This document shows, one piece after another, positions 39,221 through 54,200 of a DNA stretch of 64,000 bases; position 1 is the stretch's first letter; each line of letters opens with the position of its first letter. The position numbers and the translations under genes are program-made. The notes beneath the pieces are model-generated. The model had not been told where the DNA came from, searched no databases, and worked only from the letters and a program-made list of their open reading frames with translations. This DNA comes from Stegostoma tigrinum. Lineage: Eukaryota. Location of the stretch: the NCBI RefSeq assembly GCF_030684315.1, contig NC_081386.1, positions 17,803,914 through 17,867,913 on the forward strand, in the 5' to 3' direction.

Positions 39221-42200
39221 CCAGCAAACAAGAGTGACAGTATATAGTGTGGTGGGGTCGCCTGTAGTGCAACATGAACGCAAGATCCTGGTTAAGGCCA
39301 TCCTCGTGGGTACCAAACTTGACTATCAGTCTCTTCTCGCAATTCTGTGTTGCTGTATACCCCGAATCCACCTTTGAGGATGTTTACCCAAAGGTCCAAG
39401 GCCAAATGTCTTTGACTGCTGAGGGGGTCCCTGCTAGGAAAGAACATCTCTGTCTGGCAATTGTGGTGCAGTATCCATTCATCCATTATCATAGCATCTG
39501 CATGGTTTCGCCATATACTGTGACTTGGGGCATCCTTGGCTGCAGCGTATGAGACAGACAACATTGGCCGAGACATGATATTTACACGCAGATGGTGCCT
39601 GGTGTCCCCACGTGTGATGGTAGTATTCATGTCTTGCAGATATTGCCATGACAGGGTTGTATGATATTCTGGCCAATGCTGTGCTGAAAGCTAGGTAGTT
39701 TGCCACAAAACAATGGTCTGTTTAAGGTTTGGCAGTAGTTTGAAGGTGAGAAGTAGAGGTGTAGGTTAGATTTTGACAAACTGCTCATTGTCATTGGTGG
39801 GTGGGTGGCTGAGAAGAAAAAGTGGCGTAATTCCTCCACTCCCAAGAAGCACTGATGTATCGATTGTATCCCGTGTCTGTCATCAACAGCCATCTTAGAA
39901 TTGATGTGATTGTGTTGAACAAACCTATGACCCTTTGAACTTTTGCTTAAAAATTCAGTGTCTGATGCCACCTTTCTCACGGACATATGAAGGAGGAGCA
40001 AAACTCTGAAAGCTGTCTCTTCAAATAAATCTTTTGGGCTATAACCTGGTGTTGTGTGATTGTTTTCCTTGTCTAACCCAGTCCAACAGTGCACCTCCAC
40101 ATCTATTTTTTACGGCAGACATAATCCATTTGAGGATTGACAACTGATATTGTAGAAAAGGAATCAGGAGGAGATGTAGCAGTGGTTGGATTTTAAGTTC
40201 CACACTCAATGCCATGCACTGCCATATGCACATTCTCAACCTCTCTCATCAGCATCACTGTATGCTATCCCAGAGGTGTCCTGCCATCCAGTTCTATTTC
40301 ATTCTTTGGATTTGTTCAACATTTTAACAAAAACAAAAACCTTTTCCCTTCCTTTCAGATATTAAGGAATACAAGCTGCAACAACTCCAAGATATCCATG
40401 CCCCTTTGGAATTTTCCTTCCCTTCCCTCTGGCTCCATTCCTTCTCCTAACACCACCCTGCCAGTTATTTACTATACCTCCTATTTGTTCTCTGAAATGT
40501 TCTTTACTCAGCAAAAGGGCACAGTTTTATTCATCAACTGCAGTGAATTTTGGACATGACATCAAACTCTTGACAAGAGCCCTCTCCCTGTCCCAGAGAC
40601 CTTTTCACTCACCTCCAACACTCTCCCCCCACTGGACCTCTTTCTTCTTGCCAAAATCCACAAACAGGACTACTGCAGGACAGACCCACTGTTTCTGCTT
40701 GTCCTGCCTCATAACTTGTTTTTTCCTATCTGGTTTTGAATTTTTTTCTTTCCACGTCTAGTCCCTTCATGCTTACACCTGCAATTTTTCGGATTCATCA
40801 TATCGATTTTAAAATTTCCAGTTTACAGACTCCAGCCAACTCTTCTTCACCCTTCTACATGTCTGTTCCCCATCAGGATAGACTTGGGGCTCTCCATTTC
40901 CTTCTGAAAAAAGGTGGCCTGTACTGTCCTCATCCACCACAACACACCTTTGGCTTGTTGAGCTGGTCTTCACTTTGAACAATATCTCCTTTAATTCCTT
41001 GCATTTTCTGCAGAAGGCCCAAGACATGTTCACTTTATTCCTCAACCTAAATTCCATGCTACCATGACTAACAGGGCCCTTAGCCATGTCCAACCTATTA
41101 CCTGCACTTGTACCGTCACTCCTTCCTTTCTCTCCCAGAACAATAGGTTTCCAGCAGGATGACTCTGCTAGACATATTTTCCTCTCTTATCTAGTCAGCA
41201 TTCTGCAGAGACTGTTCCCACTGGGAAACGCTGGTCCACTCCTCAAGCACTCTCAATACTTTCTCATACATTCCCAACAGCTCCTCACCACTATGTTCCC
41301 ATGCAATCAGAGAAGGTGCAATACTTGCCAGTTTACTTCCTCCTTTCTCAAAGGCCTCAGATACAACTTCCAGGCAAAGCAGCAATTTATCCACACTTCA
41401 TTCAATTCAGTCTACTGCATTCACTGCGATAGGGTTTGGGTTAGGTCTGCTTTACACAGGGGAGACTAAATGTTGAATGGGTGATCGCTTTCCGGAACAT
41501 CTACATCTGTCTGCAAAAATGACCCCAAGCTTCCAGTTGCTTGCCACTTCAATAACCACTGTGTCCCCATGCTGAAATTTCTGTTTCAGGCATGGCATAA
41601 TGTTCCAGCAAATCTAATGCAACCTGGAGGAACAACACTCATCTTCCACTTGGGACCTTGAAAACGTCAGGATGTTAAAAATGGAGTTTAACAATCTTAC
41701 AGCTTGCTGACCCCCTTCCTTGTCTATTACCTACCCCATGTCCTGTCATGAAATGTACAGTCAATCTATTTACAGCTACTCATTGTTGCCATCATTATCT
41801 TCCCATCTAGCTTCTTTTCTGCCCTGGCGTACTATCAACAATCCTTTTATCTGCCTATCCATTTTTGTCTCTGGGGACTCTCTCCATCTATCTGCGTACT
41901 CCTTTCCCCCACCATCAGCTTAAATATTACTTTTCCTAGCAGCTTCAAGTTCTGAAGAAGGATCACAGGACTTGAAATGTTAATGATTTTCTCTCCACAA
42001 ATGCTGCCAGACCATTGAGCATTTCCAACAATTCTGAAGGGTCCCAACCCAAAACATCGACGTTCTTGTTCCTCTGATGCTGCCTAACCAGTGTTTCTCC
42101 AGCTCCCCGCTCTGTTGACTCCAACATTTTGTGTTTATTTCAGGATTTTCAACATGCTCAGTATGCTGCTTTTGTCATACCTCTCTAAATTGATTTCATC

Positions 42201-45200
42201 TGGGATCCTAACACAAATGATTTATAACCCATCAAACTAGGCTGAATTTGAATTCATATTAAAATGATCAAAAGGACAGTACTGTAACTAATAATGCAGC
42301 TATTTAATCTACTTTTTTTGGTTTATGGTCATTGTTAGACTGTAAATCCATCTATGAAACAGGAACAGGGTTTGGAGAACATGCTAGAAACTTAAGACCT
42401 CTTTCGTGATGAGCCAGCCACTTTCCAATTAGTGTTGATGTAGGAGGAAAAAAAAAATTGAAAATAGTCACCTGAACAAACACTGCAAAAGACCCCATCA
42501 GCACTTCACAAATCACAAAACAAAACAAGGCCTTGTACAGTATACACCTTTGAAATATAAAGATATGGACTCATGAGAACAGTCAGTCATAAGATTTTAT
42601 GAAGTATATCCCTCATATTTGATTTTACATTCAAAATTCTTCCAGTGTTAGAAGGTATGAACTTAACACTTAGTAACACTATTGCAAGGTTTGTACAGTA
42701 CAAACAGGAGTAGGCCATTCAAACTGTAGAACTGGTCCTGCCATTCAATAAGAGAATGATTGAATTCTTCAATATTTTTTGCTCACCCAATCCTCATAAC
42801 CCTGAATGCCACTGGTAACTGAATGCATGCAACATTCACAACAAAATAGATGATGTAAAGGCATAAATAAAAAGGGAAATAGATATGTCAACTGATATTA
42901 CAAAACATGGCTACTTGGCTGGCTAGCACCTGGAGTACTGTGTGTAGTTTTGGTCCCCTTACCTCAGGAAATCTATCAATTGCTACCTAAAATATACTCA
43001 GACTGAGCCTTCACTGTCCTCTGTGGTTCAGAATCCCAAGGCACACAACCCTCCAAGTAAAATAATTTCTCCTCATCTCAACCAAATTAAGTCCCTCTTA
43101 TTTTTAAGCTCTGACCCCTGGTTTTAGGCTTACCAAAACAGGGGAAACATCTTGCCTGCATCTACCCATTAAAGTGTCTATCACTTTAAATATTTGTAAG
43201 TTTCAGTGAGTTCACCTCTCATTCTTTTAGACTCTAGAGATTAAAGGCATAGTTTGCCCAATCTCTCTCCACAGGTCAGTCCACCTTTTCGGGAGCAAAT
43301 CTGGTGAACTTTCATCATTCTCCTTCTCCGGGAATGATATATTTCCTGAGATAAGGGGAACAAAACTGCACATGGTACTCCAGGTGCTAGCCAACTAAGT
43401 AGCCAGGTTTTTGTAATGGCAGTTAGATCATATCATTTTACCTTTATCTATACTTTTACATCATCTATTTTGTTGTGAATGTTGCATGCATTCAGCTTGA
43501 ATGTGCTTAACTTTATCACTTTGACATCAGTCTACTTTTGAAACATACTCGGCTTTGTTTCTCCAGCCCTTTAGTCTCCACAGCATCTTTTGGACTTCTT
43601 GTTATAAACTTTACTTTCTTCCAAGTTGGGTTGCCACTCGGGCTCCTATTCCCCTGACAAACTTGCTTAATTTCATCCTGACAGCACTAGCAAAGATAGC
43701 AGTCCCAGTTCTACTAAGGTACAATCTGTCCAGTTTGTCAAGGTCTCTCCTGCCCCAGAACTAGTCAATTCCTCAGAAATCTGATACCCTCCCTCTTAAC
43801 TAGCTCTCCAGCCACTTAAAAAATCAAACAATCCTCCCATTCGTTTGCTCACTTGGAGTAATCCTGAGAGCATCACTTTTGAGATCCTACTTTCTAATTT
43901 CCTTCCTAATCTCAAAATCTGCCTTTAGGAATTTATCTGTGTGGTACCATAGGCATAGGTAGGTAACGTAGACCATGACTTCTGGCTGATCTCACAGAAG
44001 GCTGCCCTGCAGCTGCTCCATGACATCCTCAACCCTGGCACCAGGGAGACAACACACCATCCAGGAGTCATGTTGATTGTCACAAACATTTGTCTGCTCC
44101 TTTAACTATGAATTTCCAATGACTATCGCTCTTCCATTTTCCTCTTCCCCTATACATAGGAGTTGCCCATTGTGTCATGGACTTGACTCGAGCTGCACTC
44201 CCCTGAGGGAGCATCACCTGTTTAGCAAGCATGATAAACTCAGGGAACTCCTGCATTACCTACCTTATTTTCTTCAACTGTCTGGTAGTCACCCATTCCT
44301 TCTCTGCCTGTGACTCTTAAATCTGCAGTGTGGCCAACTCCCTGTACATACTATCCACACAGCCCTCTGCCTTGTGGAGCACAACAGTGACTCCAATTGA
44401 TGTTCAAGCTCTGAACCCAGACCTCAAACTTGTGCAACTGATAATAAAACCTATAGATATGTTGGTCTGGGACACATGGTTTGTCCATGACATAACACAT
44501 GCCACAGGATGTATATTTTACCTGGCCCTTCTGAACTGCCTTTTCATAACTCTAAAAACTATTTGTTTCCTTTAGAATAAATACAGACCTATTATTAAAG
44601 CTTAAGTTATTTCTCAGTCAGAAAAAGAAAAAGTAAATCTAGAAGCTCAAGCACAAACAAATTAGCTACTTTCTCTATCTGTGATGTTATACCACCAATA
44701 GTCTTAGTGTAGGCAGCCATCCCAATCTGCACCTTATTTCTTCTCCTGTTCACTTTGCATTTTGGAGACTATACTCAGACCTTAATTAAAAGCAGCTTTG
44801 TTCCCACTCAATCCCAAATTCTCACTTTGCTGCTCACTTCTGTTACTTGCTGTCTCAGTCTCACTAATAGTCTCCCTCACTGACTGAGAACTTTGAACAA
44901 GCCCTTGTTATATAGGTAATTCTAATGAGTCACTTGTTTTTGCCCTAATGACCTACCACAGGTATTTGATAGATAGCTATCAGGCAGCTGCCTGTTAAAC
45001 TAGGCAACTTCAACTTCCTTAAAGACTACCGTTTCTAGGTTGGATTCTAACATTTACTCTAGAATTAAACTTGTAAAGGATTTACCAGTTGAATTCCCAC
45101 TTTTGTCCCAAATTTCCAGTTACTCACTCTGGTGAAGTCTCCTTCACTCTGACTATACATATGTAAACTACAAAAGTAGCTATAATGTAGAAATTGCAGA

Positions 45201-48200
45201 ATTAAGAACATTATGTAACATCATCTCATGTTTCAAAATGGGTAGTCTATTTATAATTTTCCATCCCAAATTAAGATAGGCAAAAAAATTCATTCAACGT
45301 GATGTTTTCCATATTAAGTACTAACTTCCTGTTCAGTTGTTATCAGCTTGAGCGACATTTCTTCCCTCAACTTGCTTTCCAATGAATCCTTCTCTTTACA
45401 GATGGTAATGTAGCATTCCTGCACGCCAGACATCTCATGGTTCAATTGCTCCAAGTGATTACTGGTGCATAAAAGAAATATAGGATAGAAAAAAAATGTA
45501 TCCGAAGTATTACAAAATTTCATCATATTCAACTGGTGGATAAACAAGGCATCATTTCATCAGTAACCAAACCAGCTATATAAGTTTCAGTGTTTATTAT
45601 ATCACACAGGGACATTCATATTTGCTCATGAGAACATGTTATTTATCCGTTTCTTGGCTTTTTTGTATGCTTGATAAATTGCTTCGAGCAGCAAATAAAA
45701 AAAAAACCAAAACCAACAGTGATCTCAATACTCCAAACTGGATGGCACTTGAATGCACACTTTTAAAAAAAAATCAGGGAACAACATGTAAAAGTTGCTG
45801 GAAAAGCTCAGTAGGTCTGGCAGCATCTGTGGGGAAGAAAACAGAGTTAACGTTTCGGGTCCGGTGACCCTTTCTCTTTTCCAGCAACTTTGATTTTGTT
45901 CCTGATTTACATGATCAGCAGTCCTTTTGATTTTTATTACGGAACATCATGTGTCTCTTTTGATCAAGCACTTCGGTTTCTTGGTTAAAATCATCCATCA
46001 TTTTATAAAGGTACATTTCCCTATATGCACTCTCAATATGAATACAACTGAAGGTGTTACTGTAGCTATGTTAGCAATTAGTAATTTCTACTAGTCAATG
46101 TATAAAAAAGTGAACAGACATTTGATCAAATCTGAACTGAAATTGGGCAAAGACTTTAGAGTTAATACTACCACAAACTCACTTTACTTGCATGATCTGC
46201 TGTTTATAGAACTGAGTCAGCTGTGTTTTCTCCAATTCATGTTGTTCCTGCAACTCCTGCTGAAGTCGACATTTAGAATCCTCATGATGCTGCTGATGAA
46301 TTCGCTGACATCTACAACATTACATTATTAAAAAACAATTCTTTGTCCTACTTACAAAACAAAGATTTTAATGCATTTAACTCTTGCACAAATTATCTTA
46401 TGTACTTTTGTAACTGATTCTGAAGTTCAAATGAGCACGAGAGGCTGAATCAACATACACAAATAATTTTGCCTACTTTTTTCCAACTAATGGCTATACA
46501 TTGTACCTGTCAATTGCCTCTTGCTTATCTTGGTCAAAGTCCTGAATCATCTGCCGCATCTCATTATACAATTCCTGGTTTGCTTCTTTAAATTGCTTCT
46601 CACTGTCAATTAATTTTTCAATCTGCTGCTGTTTATCCTACAGGAGAAAACAGTAGTTTCTGCTCTAAAAGGAGGATTAAATCAAGAAATGAAATAGTTT
46701 AGGTGCACATCCATTGCAAATTTGTACTGAGCTGCAATTCCGTTTTCACCTCAATTTCTTTGCGTAGAGCCTGGTTCTCACATCGCAACTTGTCAACTTC
46801 TTCTTGAAGAGCCTTTTCGGAGTTGGATGAGCAGGGTCTTAATGCTTCCAGTTGCTTTTCCAATGTGCTGGCTCGTACCTGAATACATACAAATAAGTTC
46901 AGTTTTATAGCTTTGAGTATTCTAATAGCAGCTTATTTAGTGAATACAAAATGACTTAATGTACTCATTAATATTTCACAGACATGCATCCATTCTATAT
47001 TCCATCATCAATGGCTAGCTGATGTTACACAATCATGAAACAAAAAGTGACGGATTGAACTTCTACTATTGTAAACATTCCCCGCTGCCAAAAGCAAAAT
47101 ATATATCTGAAGCTAAAATGATTACAGAAAAAAAAATCTGAAATTCAAGAATGCAACACAGCAAAATTAAGAAAAATAATTTTTAAAAAAATCAGGAATC
47201 AATTTTTAAAAATATGCAGCACATGTAAAGTACAAACTGCTATCTCTTTCTCTTAGCAGTCCCTGGAACTGGGCTCAAGAATAACTGCTTGTGAAGTTCG
47301 TAAATTCATAATCTGTAGAATCTGCCACAAGTGGTGGCGGTGCCTGAAGGATCAGGTAGATGAGTTGTTACAAGATTTCACCTATAATGACAAAGTCTCT
47401 TGGTGTGTTCCAGAGTGAACCTGCTCCATCTTGATCAGTTACAAGTCAGGGACTCCCATAAGTCAGAAAGGATGTTTGACTTCTTTGGGTATTCTTTGAG
47501 AACATCTCTAAAGTATTGCTAGCATCTGCATGGGAGTCTCCTGCCACACCAGAATTCATAAGTTGCACCAGGAGTCAGAAGTAAGGCATGTGAATCAAAT
47601 GTGCAAAAAAAAAAAAAAACACCTGAACATGCCTCTAAACTCAAAAAGAAAATCCCAAAACACTAAAAAAGTATCCAATAGACAGCAAGGTTAGGAAGGC
47701 CTTTCCTAAAAGGTGTACAGAAAGTTGGAATGCAGAATGATTTACAGGACTAGCAGAGTGTAGGGCCACGATGCTGACAATGGCAACATGAAGGAGATGC
47801 TCAGAAAGGCATTTTTGGACAAGACAAAAGTGCACGAGGAAGTTGCAGTGCCAGAAGAACAAGTTCATAGAGAAATTTGTGGACAGGTGTTTTAAAATTT
47901 ACCACAGTGGAGAACCAAACAGACATGTGACAATAAAGATGACCAAACTTAATGAGACAGGAATGGGCAAAAGTTTGAATAAGTTGAAATTTATAAAAGG
48001 ATGAAGATTGTGGCAAGCAAGCAGTCTCAACATGTTACAATTTTGCAAGCACTGAATGTTTGAACATGGTCAGTATAATATAGTGAAATTTGGCAGTATA
48101 CCTTGCAGGGCGCTGGGGAATATTGCCAAAAGAGAGAGATCTAGAGGTATAGGTGCACAGCTCTGAAAGGGGAAAGATTTGGAAAGGAGCCGAAGGGCAA

Positions 48201-51200
48201 CTTTTTCACACAGAGGGTAGTGCATCTATGGAAGGAGTTGCCACAGGAAGTCATGGGAGGAAGGTACAATTTAAATTTTGTAAAGGCATCTGGATGGGTA
48301 TATGAACGGTTTTAGAGAGATATGGGTCAAATGCTGGCAAATGGAACTAGGTCAGATTGGGATATCTGGTCAGCACGATTGAATCGGACTGAAGGGTCTC
48401 TTTCTATGTTGAATGACGCTGACTCGTGGGCCGAGTGGTTCACTGTCTGGGCTAGCATTTAATCGTCCATCTCAGCAGCCCTTGAGAAGGTGGTTTTAGA
48501 GATGGTTTCTTGAACTGCTGCAGTCCATTTGTCCTAGGCAGACCCACAATGCCACTAGGGAGGGAGTTGCAGAATTTTGATGCAGTGATAGTGAAACATC
48601 GGTGATATATTTCGAAGTCACTTTGGGGAGTGGCACGGAGAGAAGTTGCAGATGGTGGCACTCCCATGTAGCAGCTGCCCACATCCTTCTAGATGGTAAT
48701 GGTTATTGGTTTAGATGGTGCTGTCTAAGGAGTTTTATGAATTTCTGCAGTGCATCTTATAGATGACACATGAGCATTGGTGATGCACAGAGTGGATGTG
48801 GTGTCAAATCAAGTGAGTTACTTTGTTTTGGGTATGTCAAGCTTTGAGTATTGGGAGTTGTACGCCTTCAGGTAAGTGCTGTTTAATATAATCAGGCAGT
48901 TTACAGAAGTCAAAACAATGACAGATGTCAAATGTGAATATAAGATTGGTCAGCACCAGCTGTATACTCCAGAAAGAGCTAAGACTGAATCTTAGAGATA
49001 GAAGGAACTGCAGATGCTGGAGAATCCGAGATAATAAGGTGTAGAGCTGGATGAACACAGCAGGCCAAGCAGCAGAGGAACAGGAAGGCTGACGAATTTT
49101 AAATTGCTTCTAAGAATATCTATAGGGCTCAGGATGTGGCTTATTTATGCTTGCTAGAAGCTAAATATATTTATACGCAGGACATGGTCCTTTGAAAACA
49201 GGACAAATACATCTAGGCTTTGGGTGTTTCGTTAACATTGAAACTGTACCAGAGTCCTTGGAAAATTCAATGCCAGATGTGACAGAGACTAAATCCATCG
49301 AGGACATCTATTCAATTCAAAGTACTAATGGCAAACAATGTTCAACGATTAAAAGACATTAAATTTGGTTAACTCAGTAACATTTCTGTAGTAGCCAGTG
49401 GTCATAATGGTGTTATAAGTAGGTTCATGGAATAGGGTGCACGTGTTCATTTTTAATACTTTTTAAACCAAATATTATACTTTGAGAAAAGAATCAATCA
49501 TACAACTGACCTCATGGCTTCTTGCCATTTTTTCAGCATTTTGCAACTGCTCCTTAATCTCAGCTGTTTGCTTTTGACTTTCTTTACTTTCATGCTGAAG
49601 CTGAGTCACTTGATGACGTTTTGTCCTTATGTTGCTGAGTGCTCGCTCCAGTTCAGACTTCAGTTCCATTATTATCTCATCCTTAGACAACACTTTATCA
49701 GAGCCACCTTGCTGTATTGAGCTTAGAGAAAGGGTACAAGCAGAGAAGAAAGGGTAAGTTTAAAAAACACCACTTGGGTATCTTGCTTAGCCTTGACTGA
49801 AACTCTCATAGCCGAAATCTATCCTGAAGACTTGTACATTTGTTTTATTATTTATCTCAGTCTTGGCTGAAAATACCTCCACAATACCTACTGGAACACA
49901 AATAACCCACCATAAAGTAGAAGATCTGTTTTAAACATGCTGATCCTCACTTTTGCAAGCTAACAGCGAATGCTGCCTGTTAATGACTTACTATCACGCT
50001 GTCCATTTAGTGCAAGCCCGAATACAAAAGAGTAAGGTGTAAAATTTGACAGCCCCTGAAAACAGGTATGGAGGTTATGATATGCAATAAGCCCATACTT
50101 GATGCTTCCAATGCTGTCAGCACTCCAAGACTTTGTCTGCTTATGTGATGTCTACATCTAACCAACACTAAATTATAGTAACAACTGGCTGCACGCCTCA
50201 GCAGATGACCCCCACTTGAGAGGTTGGCATCCCCTAAAGGGGAGATGGATTCTAGTTACAGCAGATACTATTACAGTCAGTGTAAGAAAAGCCAAGCAGG
50301 ATGAAGGGTGTATGGTCCAAAATTTCCTAATGTTTTCCTAAGTTTTAGCAGACAGGAGGGGATCCATTAGGGGGTCAGAAGACTCTCAAGATAATTCTGC
50401 AAAGGCACCGGGGCCAGAAAGCCATTGATGCTAGGGTTGAGCTTCAAAAAACAAAAAAAACTTGATGCAGTACCATAAAAGGCTTTATAGAATTATCATC
50501 ACATGAGAAGTGAATGCCAACAAAAGCATCTGCAAATGCTACTTTCCTCTAAGTGTACAACTGGCATCCAATACTGCACAACTGCAGCACATTTCCATCG
50601 TTCACTAAAAAAAACAGGAGTCACACCTTATATTCATAGCTTTATTTCAGCTACTATAGATAGAAATGTTGCAAGCTTACACTACAACTTTCACACGCTG
50701 CCACACTGAACAATGACAGCCATGTGATCCAAAGAAATGGACTGCACAACGCTCACTGATAAAGAATCCTCTCCTACAGGGAAATATGGCAAACAACAAG
50801 TAGCAGAATCTCATCAACAAAAGAGATGTTGTTTAAATGGCCACTATGGAGCTACTTCCCAAAAATAAAAAAAAAGGGAAGGAGCTCGGCAACCATAAAA
50901 AGGTAATTTAAAAAAAAAATTTTGTTCATTGGAAGCATCTGTCATTCATAATCCATCCCTAACTTTCAGAAGTTGATGAGGGGCTAACTCCGGGAAGAAA
51001 CAACAATCCATGCTGTTTAGACACAGTGATAATCATTAGGGAGTTCCCGAAGAAGTTTAACTCAGCATTGAGGAGGGAGATGTACCACACTTCCAGATCA
51101 AAATAAACAGGATGGGAAATTTGCAAGTAGGACTGTTCACATTTTTGTGCTGACATGTCCTTCTAGGAGCCACTGTTGAAAAATCCATGGCAACTTGTAG

Positions 51201-54200
51201 CGTATATTGTGGATGTTACACACTACAGTCACAATGCTCCACTGGAGTAAGTAAAATGTTGAAGGTGATGGATGAAATGCCTATCAAGCCAACTGGACAA
51301 TGTAGTGTTATTGGAATTCTCTTCCAATCAAATAGAGAGCACTGCAGGACACTCGATTTGCATTTTTTAGGTGGTTAAAAGACCTAGAGAATTGCTTGCT
51401 GCAGAATACCTAGCTTTGGTCCAGTCCTGTAGTAGGCTAGTGACAGCCTCTAGGATGCTGTGTGCGTAGTGATTCAGGGTTCATAATTCTGTTTGCATGT
51501 TAAAAGTAGAGGTGATGAGATTCTTGTTAGAGATGGTAATTCATGCTACAGAAATGCTAAACAATGTTATTTGCCACGTATCAGCCCAGGCCTGAAAATT
51601 GTTCATGACTTTTCACATATGAATATAGCCAATGGTGCATGTCACTAATTGTAAAAGGTGACAACATGACGACTTGAAAATAGATGCTAAAATGTCAAGC
51701 TAAATTTGTGACAAATGCATCTCAAAAAATAGCGGAGAGCCAAATTCAGTAAACATCACATCATTTACATCACAACATTCCATAACACAATAAAATCCAT
51801 AAGTTAAAAAAAATTAAGCATTTTGCAAGATACCACGTGGAAACAGATTTAAAAAAGGATGAAAGACTGCAACTAGCAATTCACAATTCTATAACTGCAC
51901 ATTAATTTCAGATTCTACCTTGGGAACCTGGGCATTTTCCATTTCCCATTCTTGATAGCAAGATCCATATAGGAATCTGATAACGGAAGTTCTAATTCTT
52001 CTGCCACATCTTTAGTAAGAGCGCTAATCTTAGCGGCAGATTCATAAAAAGTAATCTGTTCCTTCAAGTCAGCTAGTTCTTCCTGAAGAAATGAAAATAA
52101 AAGTTATGATTTCAATTCACGCAAATTTAAAGGGACAAAACACTCATTACTCTCCAGGAGCTAATTTGGGCACCATGGAAGAACACAAGTCCAAAAGTAG
52201 GTAGTAGTAAATTTGGCAAGTTTCACACAAGAACATAAACATCTCAAAACAGTATAAACCACTCAATCACTATTATTTTAAAAATTGCTGTAATCAAGAA
52301 TGGTGTGTTCAGTATTCCTGTCGAAGTAGAGTCCTTATATTTCAGTTTGAATATTCAAATAGATAGAAAATCAAACTGATTCCACTGATGTAAAAAGCTT
52401 ACCCTCACTCGATAATATCAACGCAGGAATTCTAAAAAAATGTCAAATTGTACAGCATTACTGTATCGTAATACTTGTACATGATAAACTAAAGTCCATT
52501 GGAATCAGGGAGAAAATTCCCCACTGGTTGGGGTCGCACGTACCTCAAAAGGAAAATGGCTGTGACTGTTAGGGGTCAGTTATCTCAGCTCCAGCATATC
52601 ACTCAGGCTAGATAATATCGAATTCAAGTTGTTCAGTGATGGTATTACATACCTCTCAAGCAGGTGGGACTTGAACCCAGGCTTCTTGGGCTCAGAGGCA
52701 AAGACCTGCACAAGAACACTTCATCTCTCAGTGTAGATATAACATCCGAGTAGTTGATCTGGAAAATCACACCCCAATCACTCAAAGTAATGCCCTTGGT
52801 CTAAACACCTTCAGCAGCTTCAATGACCTTCCACAATCATAAAAAGTCTGCAGCAGGGATGTTGGCTGTGGATTGCACAAAATGCTCAGCACTATTTATA
52901 ACTCCTTACATATCGATGCAGTCCGTGTCCACAGCCTCAAGGTGCGGACATTATCTAGGCTTTGGCTGCCGAACGGCAAATGACATTCACATCACACATG
53001 CCGGACAAATACCACCTCCAACAAGAGAAAATCTAACTATCACTCTGACATTCAATGGCAATAATATTGCTGAATACTCACAGTCAATATGCTGGAGATT
53101 ACCAAATGACCAGAACTAGACAAGCCATATAAATACAGAAGCTACAAGAGCAGCTCAGAGGCTAGGTATCTTACAACGAAAAACTCAATTCTTGGCACCC
53201 CAAAAGGGCCATCTTCCACAAGTCATAAGACAGACATATAATGAAGTACTTCCCGCTTGCTGACCAGTGCAGGTCCAACAACGCTCAGAGGCTTGACACT
53301 ATCCAGGATGAAAGAACTCGCTTAGCGCCACTCACACATTCACTCTCTACACAACCAGTACTCAGTAGCAACACTGTCTATCATCTACAAAGGTGCACTG
53401 GAGAAATTCACCAAAAATTCTTAGCGCCTTCCAAGCCCATGAGCGACCACCACCCCGAAGGAACAATAACAGAGGTTGCTGGAAAAGGTCATCAGTTCTG
53501 GCAGCATCTGTGAAGAAAACATCAGCATTAACGTTTTGGGTCCAGTGACCCTTCCTCAGAACTGTGGAAGTTCTGCGAAAAGGTCACCAGACCAGAAACG
53601 TTAACTGTGTTTTCTTCACAGATGCTGCCAGAACTGATGACCTTTTCCAGCAACCTCTGTTATTGTTCCTGATTTACAATGTCTGCAGTTCTTTCGGTTT
53701 TTACCATCTAGAAGGAGACTGGTGGTAGATACTACATCTTGCAAATTCCTCTCTGCACCAATCACCATGCTGGTTTAGAAATACATCATTTCTTTATTGA
53801 CACTGTCAAAATCCTGAAGTCCCTCAGTAACAGCACTATGGTGTAACTATATCAAACGACCTAGTAGTTCAAGAAGACACAGTACATTTATCGTCTCAAG
53901 TTATTTAGGGATCAGCAAGAAATAGTGGCCCAGCCAGCAACACCCATACTCATGAACAAATATAAAAACAAAATAATGACAACCTGTAAAGCTTTGTTCA
54001 TGCTATCACTTATGTTCTTGGCAGAATGAACTTGCTGAACTTGGATCCGAAGCTGAGCGATCTCCTGCACTGAACCTGGAACATATGTGCAACATAGTTT
54101 ACAGTGCCGGAATTTAACATTAAACTAGTATTAACTCGATCATGAGTTGGAGATTGTGTTCTACAAGATTAAAGGTCCACTTTGGAGTGTTTGCGCCTTG

